From a phage: a stretch of DNA of 64,000 nt. Positions within the stretch are counted from its first letter, which is position 1; every line of letters starts with the position of its first letter. Where the stretch lies: sequence record OZ335960.1; one strand, 5' to 3'. The notes under the pieces were generated by a model. The model ran no database searches. It worked only from the letters and a program-made list of their open reading frames with translations, and was not told where the DNA came from. The position numbers and the translations under genes were made by a program. Shown here piece after piece: positions 51,638 through 60,655 of the stretch.

Positions 51638-52257
51638 TCAACTACCTCAATATCATACACTTTAAATGTTCCAAATGAATCGTGTAATTTTTCTTTTGAA
51701 ATAGAAGTTATTTTATACTTTCCAATTGGAATCATCCATTCTTGTTCACGTACAATCATCATTAAGTTATCAGTACGTTCTGAATCTAATCCATCGGTAT
51801 CTTCATATGTATACTTAAACTCAGTATTAGGAGAAGAAAGTATAATATCGCTGATATGGTCAGAATAATTAAAAGCTTTATCAGTTTTTAAGCGAAATAT
51901 TATTTCAGTGGAATATTCAACATAAGAAAAACCACATGCTGTATGCAAACTAGTAGTAAATGAATCTACTCTGTTCGTTGAAAACACTTCTCCAACTTGT
52001 AAATCTTTAATGAGTTCTTTTGTCGATTTTGATATACCACGATATAGCTGATAAGGCGATTTAGTTAAATGCTTTTTAACGATTTTATTCAACTGCCGAT
52101 GAAGAGCTTCATTCTTTTTGGCTTCCATACATTGCCAAAGAACTGACTGTTCAAAGTCAGTAAATTTTTCACAGACCTTTTTATACATATTATATTGAAA
52201 ATCGACACTTTCAGCTTTTATAGATAACTGTTCAACATCTGCGAGATTAATAATCAT
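51634..52257 (-). CDS. modB: ADP-ribosyltransferase ModB
   Basis: Track ORF trimmed to ATG 52257 with GGAGG RBS giving 207 aa; ART signature (LYRG, STN, EQEWMIP); tandem with modA. Confidence 0.8.
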   Translation of the reverse strand: MIINLADVEQLSIKAESVDFQYNMYKKVCEKFTDFEQSVLWQCMEAKKNEALHRQLNKIVKKHLTKSPYQLYRGISKSTKELIKDLQVGEVFSTNRVDSFTTSLHTACGFSYVEYSTEIIFRLKTDKAFNYSDHISDIILSSPNTEFKYTYEDTDGLDSERTDNLMMIVREQEWMIPIGKYKITSISKEKLHDSFGTFKVYDIEVVE

Positions 52258-52324
52258 GATAGCCTCCATATACTTCAGAAGCTATCATATCATTGTTAGG
52301 AAGGAAAGTAAACAACTTTTTGAA

Positions 52325-52507
52325 TTATTTTGCCCAGGGAGCCCAGGGCGGAGGGTCAAGATGGTATGAAGCTAGTTCTTCTAGAAGAGCATCTGGGGCT
52401 TCAATTCCATAATTCTGTAATACTATACGGTACTCTTTCTTATAATCACTAGAATCATTCTGGATATTCGTAGAATGATTATCTTCTAACATCTCAAATA
52501 AATCCAT
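52325..52507 (-). CDS. hypothetical protein
   Basis: ORF track 60 aa. Confidence 0.4.
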   Translation of the reverse strand: MDLFEMLEDNHSTNIQNDSSDYKKEYRIVLQNYGIEAPDALLEELASYHLDPPPWAPWAK

Positions 52508-52515
52508 ATTAATTC

Positions 52516-52986
52516 CTAGCGATAAAAACCAAAATAACGATTAGCTTCAATAATCTTTCTTTCTTCTTCAGACATTCTCCAGCGTAGTCCAACATCAAAA
52601 TGAGCCCAGACCATCTTAACAAATGCATTTATATCTTTAATATCTTCAATAATGAATGATTTACTTTTAGAAGGTTGACTAGCTAATTTAACTTTATCGT
52701 CTTCAAACAGGTCAAAAAGACCATATTCATGAGCTCTTTTATAGCCTTTAATAGTTAAAGCTTCAGAAGAAGAAAAAGGTGAATCAGTATTCTGCAAAAT
52801 ATCTTCAGTATGCTTTATAATTAGAATAACATTTTCTGGATATTTTCTTTCTTTTATATCTTTAATTAAAAGATCCGGATTTTCTGCTAAAGGAATAATT
52901 AATGAGCACTTTTTATCAAGTGTATTTACTGATTTACCTTCTTTGGACATAAATTCTATTGAATAATGTTTTGCTACTTCAATCAT
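52516..52986 (-). CDS. hypothetical protein
   Basis: ORF track 156 aa. Confidence 0.45.
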   Translation of the reverse strand: MIEVAKHYSIEFMSKEGKSVNTLDKKCSLIIPLAENPDLLIKDIKERKYPENVILIIKHTEDILQNTDSPFSSSEALTIKGYKRAHEYGLFDLFEDDKVKLASQPSKSKSFIIEDIKDINAFVKMVWAHFDVGLRWRMSEEERKIIEANRYFGFYR

Positions 52987-53139
52987 GTGATTTCCTCTTG
53001 CCTACTAATGGGCCGTCAGGAATTTTGTTTTCCTGGATATATTTCTCATTTTCTTCCATCATTTTACTGCCAATTTTAAGAAGCAAATCCATTGCTTCAT
53101 TTGCTTTAGCTTTAGCCTCTTCTAACGTCATATCTCTGT

Positions 53140-53343
53140 TCACGATTTATCCCCATAGATGTCTCTCATCAATTTAAGCGCTGAGCGTTCTAATTTCTTT
53201 TCTTTCTCAGCACTAATCATTGATTTCATCCATTCTTCTGATTCGTTCTGCATTTCTTTATTTGCTTGTTCAACCCAACCATCGTCAATATACATTGAGT
53301 TTGGTCTATTGAACCATTCAAGCATCTTCTTCAGAACTTTCAT
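53140..53343 (-). CDS. hypothetical protein
   Basis: ORF track 67 aa. Confidence 0.4.
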   Translation of the reverse strand: MKVLKKMLEWFNRPNSMYIDDGWVEQANKEMQNESEEWMKSMISAEKEKKLERSALKLMRDIYGDKS

Positions 53344-53815
53344 TTGTTTTACCTAAAACAATAGTAGGAGCATCGTCAAATTTATGAATTTTTAGTAAAT
53401 TTGGATGTAAACTATTCCACACAGAAGAAATAAAGTATGATAAAGCATCTTCACTTGCAATTATAAATTTATTTCCTTTATCTATTTTCCAACTATATAC
53501 TGAATCATACGAATAAAAAGATAAAGGTTTATCATTATATTGTTCTGCGCTAACATTAATGTATTCTGATTTAGTAAATGCTTCAATTGCTCTAAACGGA
53601 ATATTTGGCACAGTTTCAATAATACCAATCTTTTTAAGTTTTATTTCAGCATCTTCTGGAACTGGCATTGAAACGAAATTTTCTACGAGATACATTGGGT
53701 CACAATAACCCTTATCAATCATTACTGCTACGGTAATTGGAACGTCTTTAGCAAACGACAAACTATTACTGCTAATATACATTTCAAACAAAATCGCTTC
53801 CATAATTTTCCTCAA
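53318..53815 (-). CDS. hypothetical protein
   Basis: ORF track 165 aa. Confidence 0.45.
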   Translation of the reverse strand: MRKIMEAILFEMYISSNSLSFAKDVPITVAVMIDKGYCDPMYLVENFVSMPVPEDAEIKLKKIGIIETVPNIPFRAIEAFTKSEYINVSAEQYNDKPLSFYSYDSVYSWKIDKGNKFIIASEDALSYFISSVWNSLHPNLLKIHKFDDAPTIVLGKTNESSEEDA

Positions 53816-54150
53816 TCACAAGATGTAGATGAACAACTAGAATCACAAGAACTTCCACATGAATCGCCCGTCCATACATGAATAGGAACATTAGTGTCAT
53901 ATGAATCAGAACTAGACTGTGCATTCTGTGTATTAGATGATGTAGGTGTTGACCAGCGCCAAGGATTTTTATAATATTCCTGGGCTTCTTCATAAGTCAT
54001 AGTAACTGCTTCTACTGTTCCATCTCCCATATAAACATATTCAACTACAGTTAAAGGAAGGTAGTCATTTGAAATAGGAACTACACCTTCTCCGGGAGTT
54101 GTAGAGAAAAAATCCGTAAAGAAACTTTTAAACCAATTAAAGATAAACAT
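53812..54150 (-). CDS. hypothetical cysteine/serine-rich protein
   Basis: ORF track 112 aa; C-terminal [15 protein letters not shown]. Confidence 0.45.
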   Translation of the reverse strand: MFIFNWFKSFFTDFFSTTPGEGVVPISNDYLPLTVVEYVYMGDGTVEAVTMTYEEAQEYYKNPWRWSTPTSSNTQNAQSSSDSYDTNVPIHVWTGDSCGSSCDSSCSSTSCD

Positions 54151-54362
54151 TACAAAAAGCCTCTTTGAAATTCGACTCTTTGAAATCCACCCCAGTCAGT
54201 GTATCGCATTTCAGCATTGAACTCGACTGAACCATCTGCATGCATCATGAATGAATGCGTGACGATATCACAATCCCAGCTTTTCATACCCCATTTATCA
54301 GAGATAGCTTTATCAAGAACCTTCTGGAGGTCTTCATTTGGTTTAATCCAGCGATTTAACAT
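54150..54362 (-). CDS. hypothetical protein
   Basis: ORF track 70 aa; consensus early promoter (TTTACT-17-TATAAT) upstream. Confidence 0.5.
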   Translation of the reverse strand: MLNRWIKPNEDLQKVLDKAISDKWGMKSWDCDIVTHSFMMHADGSVEFNAEMRYTDWGGFQRVEFQRGFL

Positions 54363-54388
54363 AGTGCTCTCCTCTATAAGATAATTCT

Positions 54389-54417
54389 ATTATACCATAC
54401 TCATTTTGGAAAGTAAA
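54389..54417 (-). promoter_or_regulatory. T4-type early promoter
   Basis: Minus strand GTTTACT, 17 nt, TATAAT (perfect -10). Confidence 0.6.
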
Positions 54418-54427
54418 CCGGTAAAAT

Positions 54428-54451
54428 GAAAAAGGACTCCCGAAGGAGTCC
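54428..54451 (-). terminator. rho-independent terminator downstream of soc
   Basis: Minus strand GGACUCC-UUCG-GGAGUCC followed by a U-run; same hairpin sequence as at 2398-2415. Confidence 0.6.
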
Positions 54452-54457
54452 TTGAAA

Positions 54458-54703
54458 TTATTCACCAGTTACTTTCCACAAATCTTCGTTTGCAGCAATC
54501 CATGCATCACGTTGATTTTCTTCGTATACTGTAGTATATGCTGCTTTTTCTGAAGGGAATATCTGATAATGAGCGCCAGAAATTTTGTGAACGTCAGAAT
54601 AAAGAGGGAAAGCTACAGAAATTTCTTTTCCTTCAATTTTCTTATTTCCATCTAATTTCTGCTCAAATGTTTTAATATTAACATAACCGCGAGTACTAGC
54701 CAT
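54458..54703 (-). CDS. soc: small outer capsid protein Soc
   Basis: 81 aa; matches recalled T4 Soc; late promoter TATAAATA upstream. Confidence 0.9.
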   Translation of the reverse strand: MASTRGYVNIKTFEQKLDGNKKIEGKEISVAFPLYSDVHKISGAHYQIFPSEKAAYTTVYEENQRDAWIAANEDLWKVTGE

Positions 54704-54733
54704 GTAATTCTCCTTTTATTTAAATTACATGAC

Positions 54734-54741
54734 TATTTATA
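54734..54741 (-). promoter_or_regulatory. late promoter (TATAAATA) for soc
   Basis: Minus strand TATAAATA about 25 nt before the soc RBS AAGGAGA. Confidence 0.55.
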
Positions 54742-54775
54742 ATAAATTCTCACAGCTTTTAAGCTGTCGTTTATA

Positions 54776-55294
54776 TTAATAACCTCGGTCTTGACGAGCG
54801 AAGTTTTCGGCATTTTTTAGATAATAAAGTTTAAAGATTTCTTCAGCCGTAAGACCGAGACTCTGGAACATGTTCAGAACGAAATGAAGAATATCAATCA
54901 TTTCAAATTTAATTTCCAACTGGTCTTGTGGAGATAAGTCAGTAATCAGAGTTTCACGACGTTCACCGTGTTGAGCTTTCCACGGCTTCCATACAGCAGA
55001 TGCATCTTTTTCGCCATTGCTCATACCACCAAGAGAAGTCAGTAGTTCGCGGAATTCATCATCAATATAATCTTTCTGATTACGCAGCCAATCAACAACT
55101 TCACCTGCGGTAGCCAAATCATCAGGATGACGGTTATATTCAGGTTTATCTTTAGCTAAACGAACCTGCAGAGATTTCTGCATATCAAGCATAACTTGCA
55201 GCGGATCTTTTTCATCACCGAGAATATCCCAGTATTCGTTTTGAGCTTTATCAGCGCCTTCAATCAGTTGTGAACATTCATTAAAGTAAGCCAT
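54776..55294 (-). CDS. 56: dCTP pyrophosphatase gp56 (MazG-like)
   Basis: Track ORF (GTG at 55387) trimmed to ATG 55294 with AAAGGA RBS giving 172 aa. Confidence 0.85.
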   Translation of the reverse strand: MAYFNECSQLIEGADKAQNEYWDILGDEKDPLQVMLDMQKSLQVRLAKDKPEYNRHPDDLATAGEVVDWLRNQKDYIDDEFRELLTSLGGMSNGEKDASAVWKPWKAQHGERRETLITDLSPQDQLEIKFEMIDILHFVLNMFQSLGLTAEEIFKLYYLKNAENFARQDRGY

Positions 55295-55365
55295 TATTTT
55301 TCCTTTCAATTCATGGGTTAGTAGATTAATTATACAATAAATATATAAAGCAATAAGGAGGACAT

Positions 55366-55566
55366 ATGGTACAAAAATTAATGGCACTTGTTAATGCCAT
55401 AAAAGGTAATAAAAGACGTATAGCTTTTACTATTTCTGCTATGGTAGGAATTTTACTTTGGAATTTTATTTTATCACCAATTGCTATTGCTCATGGCGTT
55501 AATATTCCAGTAATTACTCTTGATACATTCGTAGATTTAGCATTTGCTTTAGTTGGGTTAATTTAA
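55366..55566 (+). CDS. small hydrophobic protein on the opposite strand, convergent with gene 61
   Basis: 66 aa; strong RBS AAGGAGG 4 nt before ATG 55366; two predicted hydrophobic helices; 3' end overlaps the gene 61 stop. Confidence 0.4.
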   Translation: MVQKLMALVNAIKGNKRRIAFTISAMVGILLWNFILSPIAIAHGVNIPVITLDTFVDLAFALVGLI

Positions 55567-56591
55567 ATCTTAGCATATTTAGATAGCCGCATTTTAGCCA
55601 TCAACCCTTGAGCAATATTATTTTTCATATATTCCATAATTTGTTCAGGGGTTGCACCTTCCTTTCTAATCATATCATTAACATCTTTTGATTTCCAGGG
55701 AGATTTGTCCCAAAACATAACCCTTTCTCCTGCATCAACTAATTTAGTCATTCGTTTAATAGTGTCAGGGTGACGAGGTTCATTATCTAAAACCCATACA
55801 CGTCTATCTTTAAATGGAACAATTTCTAGGTCTAATTGACCACCCGTAATAGCTATACCATTTTCAATAAAAAGTGAATCTATAGGTCCTTCTAGAACAT
55901 ATACATCACCATCTTTGACTCGTTCAACTCCATAGATTTTTGTTGCCTCAGGATAAGCTTTGATGGTAATATATTTTTGAGGAGCATCTTTCTTTAGTGC
56001 ACGTCCTTGAAAAGACTCAGCTTTTCCATTAGCGTTATAAATTGGAATAACAAGACGAGGCTCAGGTATTTCCTTTTTATATGTTCCTGGCGCTATACTA
56101 TTAACTAATTTAGGCCATTCGGTTGTAAACCAAAGATATTTCCATTTATCCTTTGGAATACAACGAGCTTTTACATATTTTATAATTGGATGGTCTTCCG
56201 CCAGTTTATCTAATCTAATGCATGACGGAAGAGATTTAATTATTTTCTTCTCAGGTTGTTTAGGAAGTTCTTTAGGTTTTTCTACTGGACGACTTTTACC
56301 TTTTTCTTTTCTTATTTCAAAGATATACTCACGATATAAATCGGGTTCAAACTCCTTTAAATATATTCCAATTGGTGCATGATAGTTACAGTTATAACAA
56401 TGAATATTTCCTTCATTATTATCACCATAATACCATCCACGGGCTTTATTTTGGTCGGTTTTTGAATCTCCACAAACAGGGCATCTAAACCGCAATTTAA
56501 AAGTTGAACTATTATTTACTTGTGTGAATTTAGGTAAATGAGCTAATGCACGGTATGCAAACTCATTATCAATCCAAGGTATTGATGACAT
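55563..56591 (-). CDS. 61: DNA primase gp61
   Basis: 342 aa; N-terminal zinc ribbon CPVCGD...CYNCNYH and TOPRIM-like core. Confidence 0.9.
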   Translation of the reverse strand: MSSIPWIDNEFAYRALAHLPKFTQVNNSSTFKLRFRCPVCGDSKTDQNKARGWYYGDNNEGNIHCYNCNYHAPIGIYLKEFEPDLYREYIFEIRKEKGKSRPVEKPKELPKQPEKKIIKSLPSCIRLDKLAEDHPIIKYVKARCIPKDKWKYLWFTTEWPKLVNSIAPGTYKKEIPEPRLVIPIYNANGKAESFQGRALKKDAPQKYITIKAYPEATKIYGVERVKDGDVYVLEGPIDSLFIENGIAITGGQLDLEIVPFKDRRVWVLDNEPRHPDTIKRMTKLVDAGERVMFWDKSPWKSKDVNDMIRKEGATPEQIMEYMKNNIAQGLMAKMRLSKYAKI

Positions 56592-56593
56592 TT

Positions 56594-56758
56594 TTACTCT
56601 TCTTTTTCTTTAGATTCCTCTTTTTTCTTTTTAGGAATCTGTTCAGGACCTTTATTTACTACAGCGCCTGACGTTGTTCCAGTGGAGATATTTTCAGGAT
56701 TACCACCTGAATCTCCAGCGACCATATCTTCTTTAATAAATTCTTTAAACGTTTTCAT
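56594..56758 (-). CDS. small hypothetical protein (61.1 position, below track cutoff)
   Basis: Hand translation MKTFKEFIKEDMVAGDSGGNPENISTG... 54 aa. Confidence 0.3.
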   Translation of the reverse strand: MKTFKEFIKEDMVAGDSGGNPENISTGTTSGAVVNKGPEQIPKKKKEESKEKEE

Positions 56759-56770
56759 ATTAGCCTCTAA

Positions 56771-57064
56771 TTATTCACCTACCACTTCAGCGATGATATT
56801 TTTATTATTAAAGTTTTTATCGCAATACAGAACATAATTATACTGCATTACACCGCCAGACTTAAGCTGTTTTTGCACTTCAACTTTCATTTCAGGACGA
56901 TCACGCTCAACGATATTCATAATATCTGCTTCAATTTGAGTTTCAACCTCAGTCTGATCTGCAGTCATAGACCACTCACACAAATCTTTGTCATAACCCG
57001 CCATAGCAGGCTGAGCAGCGCAAGAAGATAAAGCAAAAATTGCAGCAAAGATAAATTTTTTCAT
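56771..57064 (-). CDS. sp: Spackle periplasmic protein (lysozyme inhibitor, superinfection exclusion)
   Basis: 97 aa with cleavable signal peptide (AQPAMAG); position between 61 and dmd. Confidence 0.75.
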   Translation of the reverse strand: MKKFIFAAIFALSSCAAQPAMAGYDKDLCEWSMTADQTEVETQIEADIMNIVERDRPEMKVEVQKQLKSGGVMQYNYVLYCDKNFNNKNIIAEVVGE

Positions 57065-57122
57065 GATAATCTCCTCAGTAGTTTATGTTTATAGTATCTC
57101 AATTTCCAATAAAAGTAAACAG

Positions 57123-57422
57123 TTATTTTAAAACTTCTGCATAATCGCATGTTACAAACTGTTTCTCTAACTTGACGATTTTACGAAAGTATCTTTTGCA
57201 TTGACGAATCTGTCGCTTCGTAGGGCGCACAGCAAACTTAATAAATTCCACTCGACCAAATGGAGGACTTTCTTCTGCCGGAATATCTAACACCAATTCC
57301 CACGTATCTGCAATAAGTGCTTTAAATTGAGTATTTTTCCTGACGTTATACGGAGTAGGTTTAAATAAAACAATATGCATATTATCCTCGGCAATCCACT
57401 TCGCATACTTTCTTGTCATCAA
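57123..57422 (-). CDS. hypothetical basic protein (61.4 position)
   Basis: ORF track 99 aa; overlaps the dmd start. Confidence 0.45.
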   Translation of the reverse strand: MMTRKYAKWIAEDNMHIVLFKPTPYNVRKNTQFKALIADTWELVLDIPAEESPPFGRVEFIKFAVRPTKRQIRQCKRYFRKIVKLEKQFVTCDYAEVLK

Positions 57423-57564
57423 TGAAAGCTTTAACTAGTGCTTTATTAACTTCAGCATATTGATTAGTAGCCCATTGAACGTCATCTTTCATCATTGTGA
57501 TTTCTTTAGTAAACATGCTTTCGTTCTTAAACCACCCCATAAAAACTACCTTTACCAATTCCAT
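57382..57564 (-). CDS. dmd: Dmd antitoxin (inhibitor of host RnlA/LsoA toxins)
   Basis: 60 aa, matches recalled T4 Dmd; own consensus early promoter upstream. Confidence 0.85.
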   Translation of the reverse strand: MELVKVVFMGWFKNESMFTKEITMMKDDVQWATNQYAEVNKALVKAFIDDKKVCEVDCRG

Positions 57565-57593
57565 AACAATCTCCTCATTTAACCAACAAGACT

Positions 57594-57622
57594 ACTATAC
57601 CATAGTCTTGTCAGCTTGTAAA
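57594..57622 (-). promoter_or_regulatory. T4-type early promoter for dmd
   Basis: Minus strand GTTTACA, 17 nt, TATAGT immediately after the gene 41 stop. Confidence 0.6.
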
Positions 57623-59050
57623 CTAAAATTTTAATTCATTTGCCAAAGCATCTAACTGAGCTCGAGCAGATTCGTTTCTTTGATAGCGATTCTGTTCAGC
57701 CTGAATCTGTTGTGAACCTGCTACTTCGTTCACTTCAGTTGGAGTAGAATCTTGTTCAATTTCTACCCATTTCTGATTTCCTTTTTGAACACCCATTAAA
57801 AACTTATTCCATTTATTCTTATCACCATATCGTGATTTGATTTGCTTAATGAGTTGTTGTTCAGCAGCTGCTAACTCCTCGGTTTCAATGACCGCAAGCA
57901 TAAAATCAGCTGTTGCTGGAAGCCCGGCAGATTCTGCAATATCGCTCATGTTAACATCAGAAGAATCCCAAGCTTGCTTACCAACCTGTGCTGCAGTCCA
58001 AAGAACGGTTTCGGTTTCAACAGCAAGAGCACGCAATTCCTCTGCGATAGCTTTAACAGTCGTGTAACTATTTTCTGAATAAACTCTAATGCGGCAAGAT
58101 TTACAAATACCCAGATAGTCAACAATAATGATTGTTGGAACAAAATTCTTCTTGAGCTTCAATTCATTCAAGAGAGACCTGAATGTATTAGCGTCTGCTC
58201 CACCAGTAGGATACTGTTTAACGATTAAACGACCGAGAGTAGATTTCTCACGCCATTTTTCCATTTTTCCTTTATATTCAGCGTAAGAAATATGCCCATC
58301 ATCAATGTCATCAAGAGAAACATCAAGCATATTAGCATCAATACGCTTAGCACAGACTTCTTCTGCCATTTCCATGGAAATGTAAAGAACATTATGTCCG
58401 AGCTGCAAATAATCTGCTGCTAATGAACACAATCCTAATGACTTACCAACGTTAACACCAGCCATTAAAACGTTCAGTGTTCCAGTTTCAGCTCCGCCTT
58501 TAGTAATTTTATTTAGAATTTTGAGTTTAAATGGAACCTTACGAGCTTTATTCATATAAGATAGCCAACGTGCTTCGTAGTCATCCATCCAATCATGACC
58601 AACGTAACTATCAAATGAAATTGATAATGCTTGGCGCATGATGTCAGGAATAGCACCAACATCCGGCATTTTCTTATTTCGTTTTTCCGGAGGAAGCTCA
58701 GCATTAGTTTGAATTTCAATTATTTTAGATGTGGCGTTAAACATCGCCCTTTGCTGAACATATTTTTCTGTTTCTTTTACTAACCAGCTGTGGTCTTCTG
58801 GAGAATCGGCTAGTTTCGAAATAAGTGTTTTTACACCAGAATATTCTGTTTCAGTAAATGAACTATTTTCTAATGCAACATTTAACGCATTAATAGATGG
58901 AACGCTATGGTACTCATTAACATGAGATTTAATTAATTTGAATGTATTTTTAGCTGGACCACTTTCAAAATATTCTGAATCCATATATGGCCAAACTTTT
59001 GAAAAATAAGCTTGATCAAATATGAGATGAGAAAGAATAATTTCTACCAC
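57623..59050 (-). CDS. 41: replicative DNA helicase gp41 (DnaB family)
   Basis: 475 aa; Walker A GVNVGKS. Confidence 0.95.
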   Translation of the reverse strand: MVEIILSHLIFDQAYFSKVWPYMDSEYFESGPAKNTFKLIKSHVNEYHSVPSINALNVALENSSFTETEYSGVKTLISKLADSPEDHSWLVKETEKYVQQRAMFNATSKIIEIQTNAELPPEKRNKKMPDVGAIPDIMRQALSISFDSYVGHDWMDDYEARWLSYMNKARKVPFKLKILNKITKGGAETGTLNVLMAGVNVGKSLGLCSLAADYLQLGHNVLYISMEMAEEVCAKRIDANMLDVSLDDIDDGHISYAEYKGKMEKWREKSTLGRLIVKQYPTGGADANTFRSLLNELKLKKNFVPTIIIVDYLGICKSCRIRVYSENSYTTVKAIAEELRALAVETETVLWTAAQVGKQAWDSSDVNMSDIAESAGLPATADFMLAVIETEELAAAEQQLIKQIKSRYGDKNKWNKFLMGVQKGNQKWVEIEQDSTPTEVNEVAGSQQIQAEQNRYQRNESARAQLDALANELKF

Positions 59051-59059
59051 ACTTACTCC

Positions 59060-59422
59060 TTAAAAGAATTTAAATTTTTTCTTTGACCTTTTATTAAATG
59101 CATCTTGTAGTTGCATTGTAATACATTTTTCTACATGAGGAGCTAACTCAGCTTTTCTTTCTTGGTCAAGAACAGCAAAGTCCATTACGACTTTTCCATC
59201 AACCCAATCTAATTTTGTCACATACACAATGTGTGTAGAACCGTCTTCTAGTTTAATGACAATCTCCTGGATAACATTTTCCATGGCAGATTTAATTATC
59301 TTAAGAGATTCATTAAAAAGACGTTCTTTTCTTTCTTCTTCCCCCTCCGAAGAGGGGGATTCATCGATAATTTCTAGATCTAAATCTAAATCATCTTTAT
59401 TCATTAAATTCTTCCATATCAC
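59060..59422 (-). CDS. 40: gp40 head vertex assembly protein (positional assignment)
   Basis: 120 aa between 41 and uvsX. Confidence 0.55.
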   Translation of the reverse strand: MIWKNLMNKDDLDLDLEIIDESPSSEGEEERKERLFNESLKIIKSAMENVIQEIVIKLEDGSTHIVYVTKLDWVDGKVVMDFAVLDQERKAELAPHVEKCITMQLQDAFNKRSKKKFKFF

Positions 59423-60578
59423 TTAACTGATCTAGGTCAGTTTCTAAATCAGCTGCTGATTTACTTTTACTTTCTGGAGATTTAAATTTTTCAACCTTTG
59501 AGTTAATCAATTCATCAACTTCAGCTTCAACAATTTCATTACTATCAATAGCACCTAACTGATAAGCACGTTTAATAGCATCTCGGAATGGTTGATGCTT
59601 AAATAAAGGACCCCAGAATGTAGTGCAATTGGTATCTTTTGCACGCCAAGATTTTTCTTCGCGAATCATCTCGCCGGTTTCTTCGTCAAGAAATTCACGA
59701 GCATACCAGCCATTTTTAGGTTTTACCACAAATCCTAATTCAAGAGCCATATCTAACAATCCAGAATAAGGATCGATACCACCGTCAAATTTAACATCAA
59801 TAAAGAATTTACTTTTTTCTTTAACGGTACGAGATTTTTCTACATTTAGAACAAATTGATACCCCTGAAGATCAGAACCATCTTTAATCTGGCGCTTACC
59901 GATAATGAATACAGTATCAGCCGAATACATTACGCCTGTACCACCTGTCATCACGGTTTTACTAAACATTTCAATTGTTTCAATTGTATGGTTAACCGCA
60001 ACACATGGAATGTTTTTAATACTAAAATAAGGAGTAACAATACGGAATAATGACTTCAGTGATTTAGCACGAGTCATATCTGCCACAGATTTTTCATTCA
60101 AGGCATCTTCCGTTTCTTTCTTAGAAGCCATATTACCAATTGAGTCGATGAATACAATAACTTTTTCACCACGCTCAATAGCTTCAAGCTGATTCACCAT
60201 ATCAATTTTCAGCTGTTCAACTGACTGGATTGGTGTATGAATTACTCGTTCCGGGTCAACTCCCATGGATCGCAAATAAGCAGGAGTAATACCAAATTCG
60301 CTATCATAGAATAGACATACCGCGTCAGGATATTTGTTCAAATACGCCGCAACCATAGTCAAAGACATATTTGATTTAAAGTGTTTAGAAGGACCTGCAA
60401 AAATAGTTAAACCAGACTGCATACCACCGTCAATCGCACCTGAAATAGCGATATTAAGCATTGGGATTTTTGTACGGATTACATCCTTTTCATTAAAGAA
60501 TTTAGATGTAGTCAGTTCAGCAGTCATTTTAGAAGTGGAAGCTTTAATCAAACGGGATTTTAAATCTGCAATAGACAT
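59397..60578 (-). CDS. uvsX: UvsX recombinase (RecA family)
   Basis: 393 aa; Walker A GPSKHFKS; matches recalled T4 UvsX. Confidence 0.95.
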   Translation of the reverse strand: MSIADLKSRLIKASTSKMTAELTTSKFFNEKDVIRTKIPMLNIAISGAIDGGMQSGLTIFAGPSKHFKSNMSLTMVAAYLNKYPDAVCLFYDSEFGITPAYLRSMGVDPERVIHTPIQSVEQLKIDMVNQLEAIERGEKVIVFIDSIGNMASKKETEDALNEKSVADMTRAKSLKSLFRIVTPYFSIKNIPCVAVNHTIETIEMFSKTVMTGGTGVMYSADTVFIIGKRQIKDGSDLQGYQFVLNVEKSRTVKEKSKFFIDVKFDGGIDPYSGLLDMALELGFVVKPKNGWYAREFLDEETGEMIREEKSWRAKDTNCTTFWGPLFKHQPFRDAIKRAYQLGAIDSNEIVEAEVDELINSKVEKFKSPESKSKSAADLETDLDQLSDMEEFNE

Positions 60579-60655
60579 TCATTTTTTCCATAGGCATCAT
60601 TATATTTTCCTCACTGGTTAAAGATAGAGTAATTATAACACAATAAATTTAGGCA

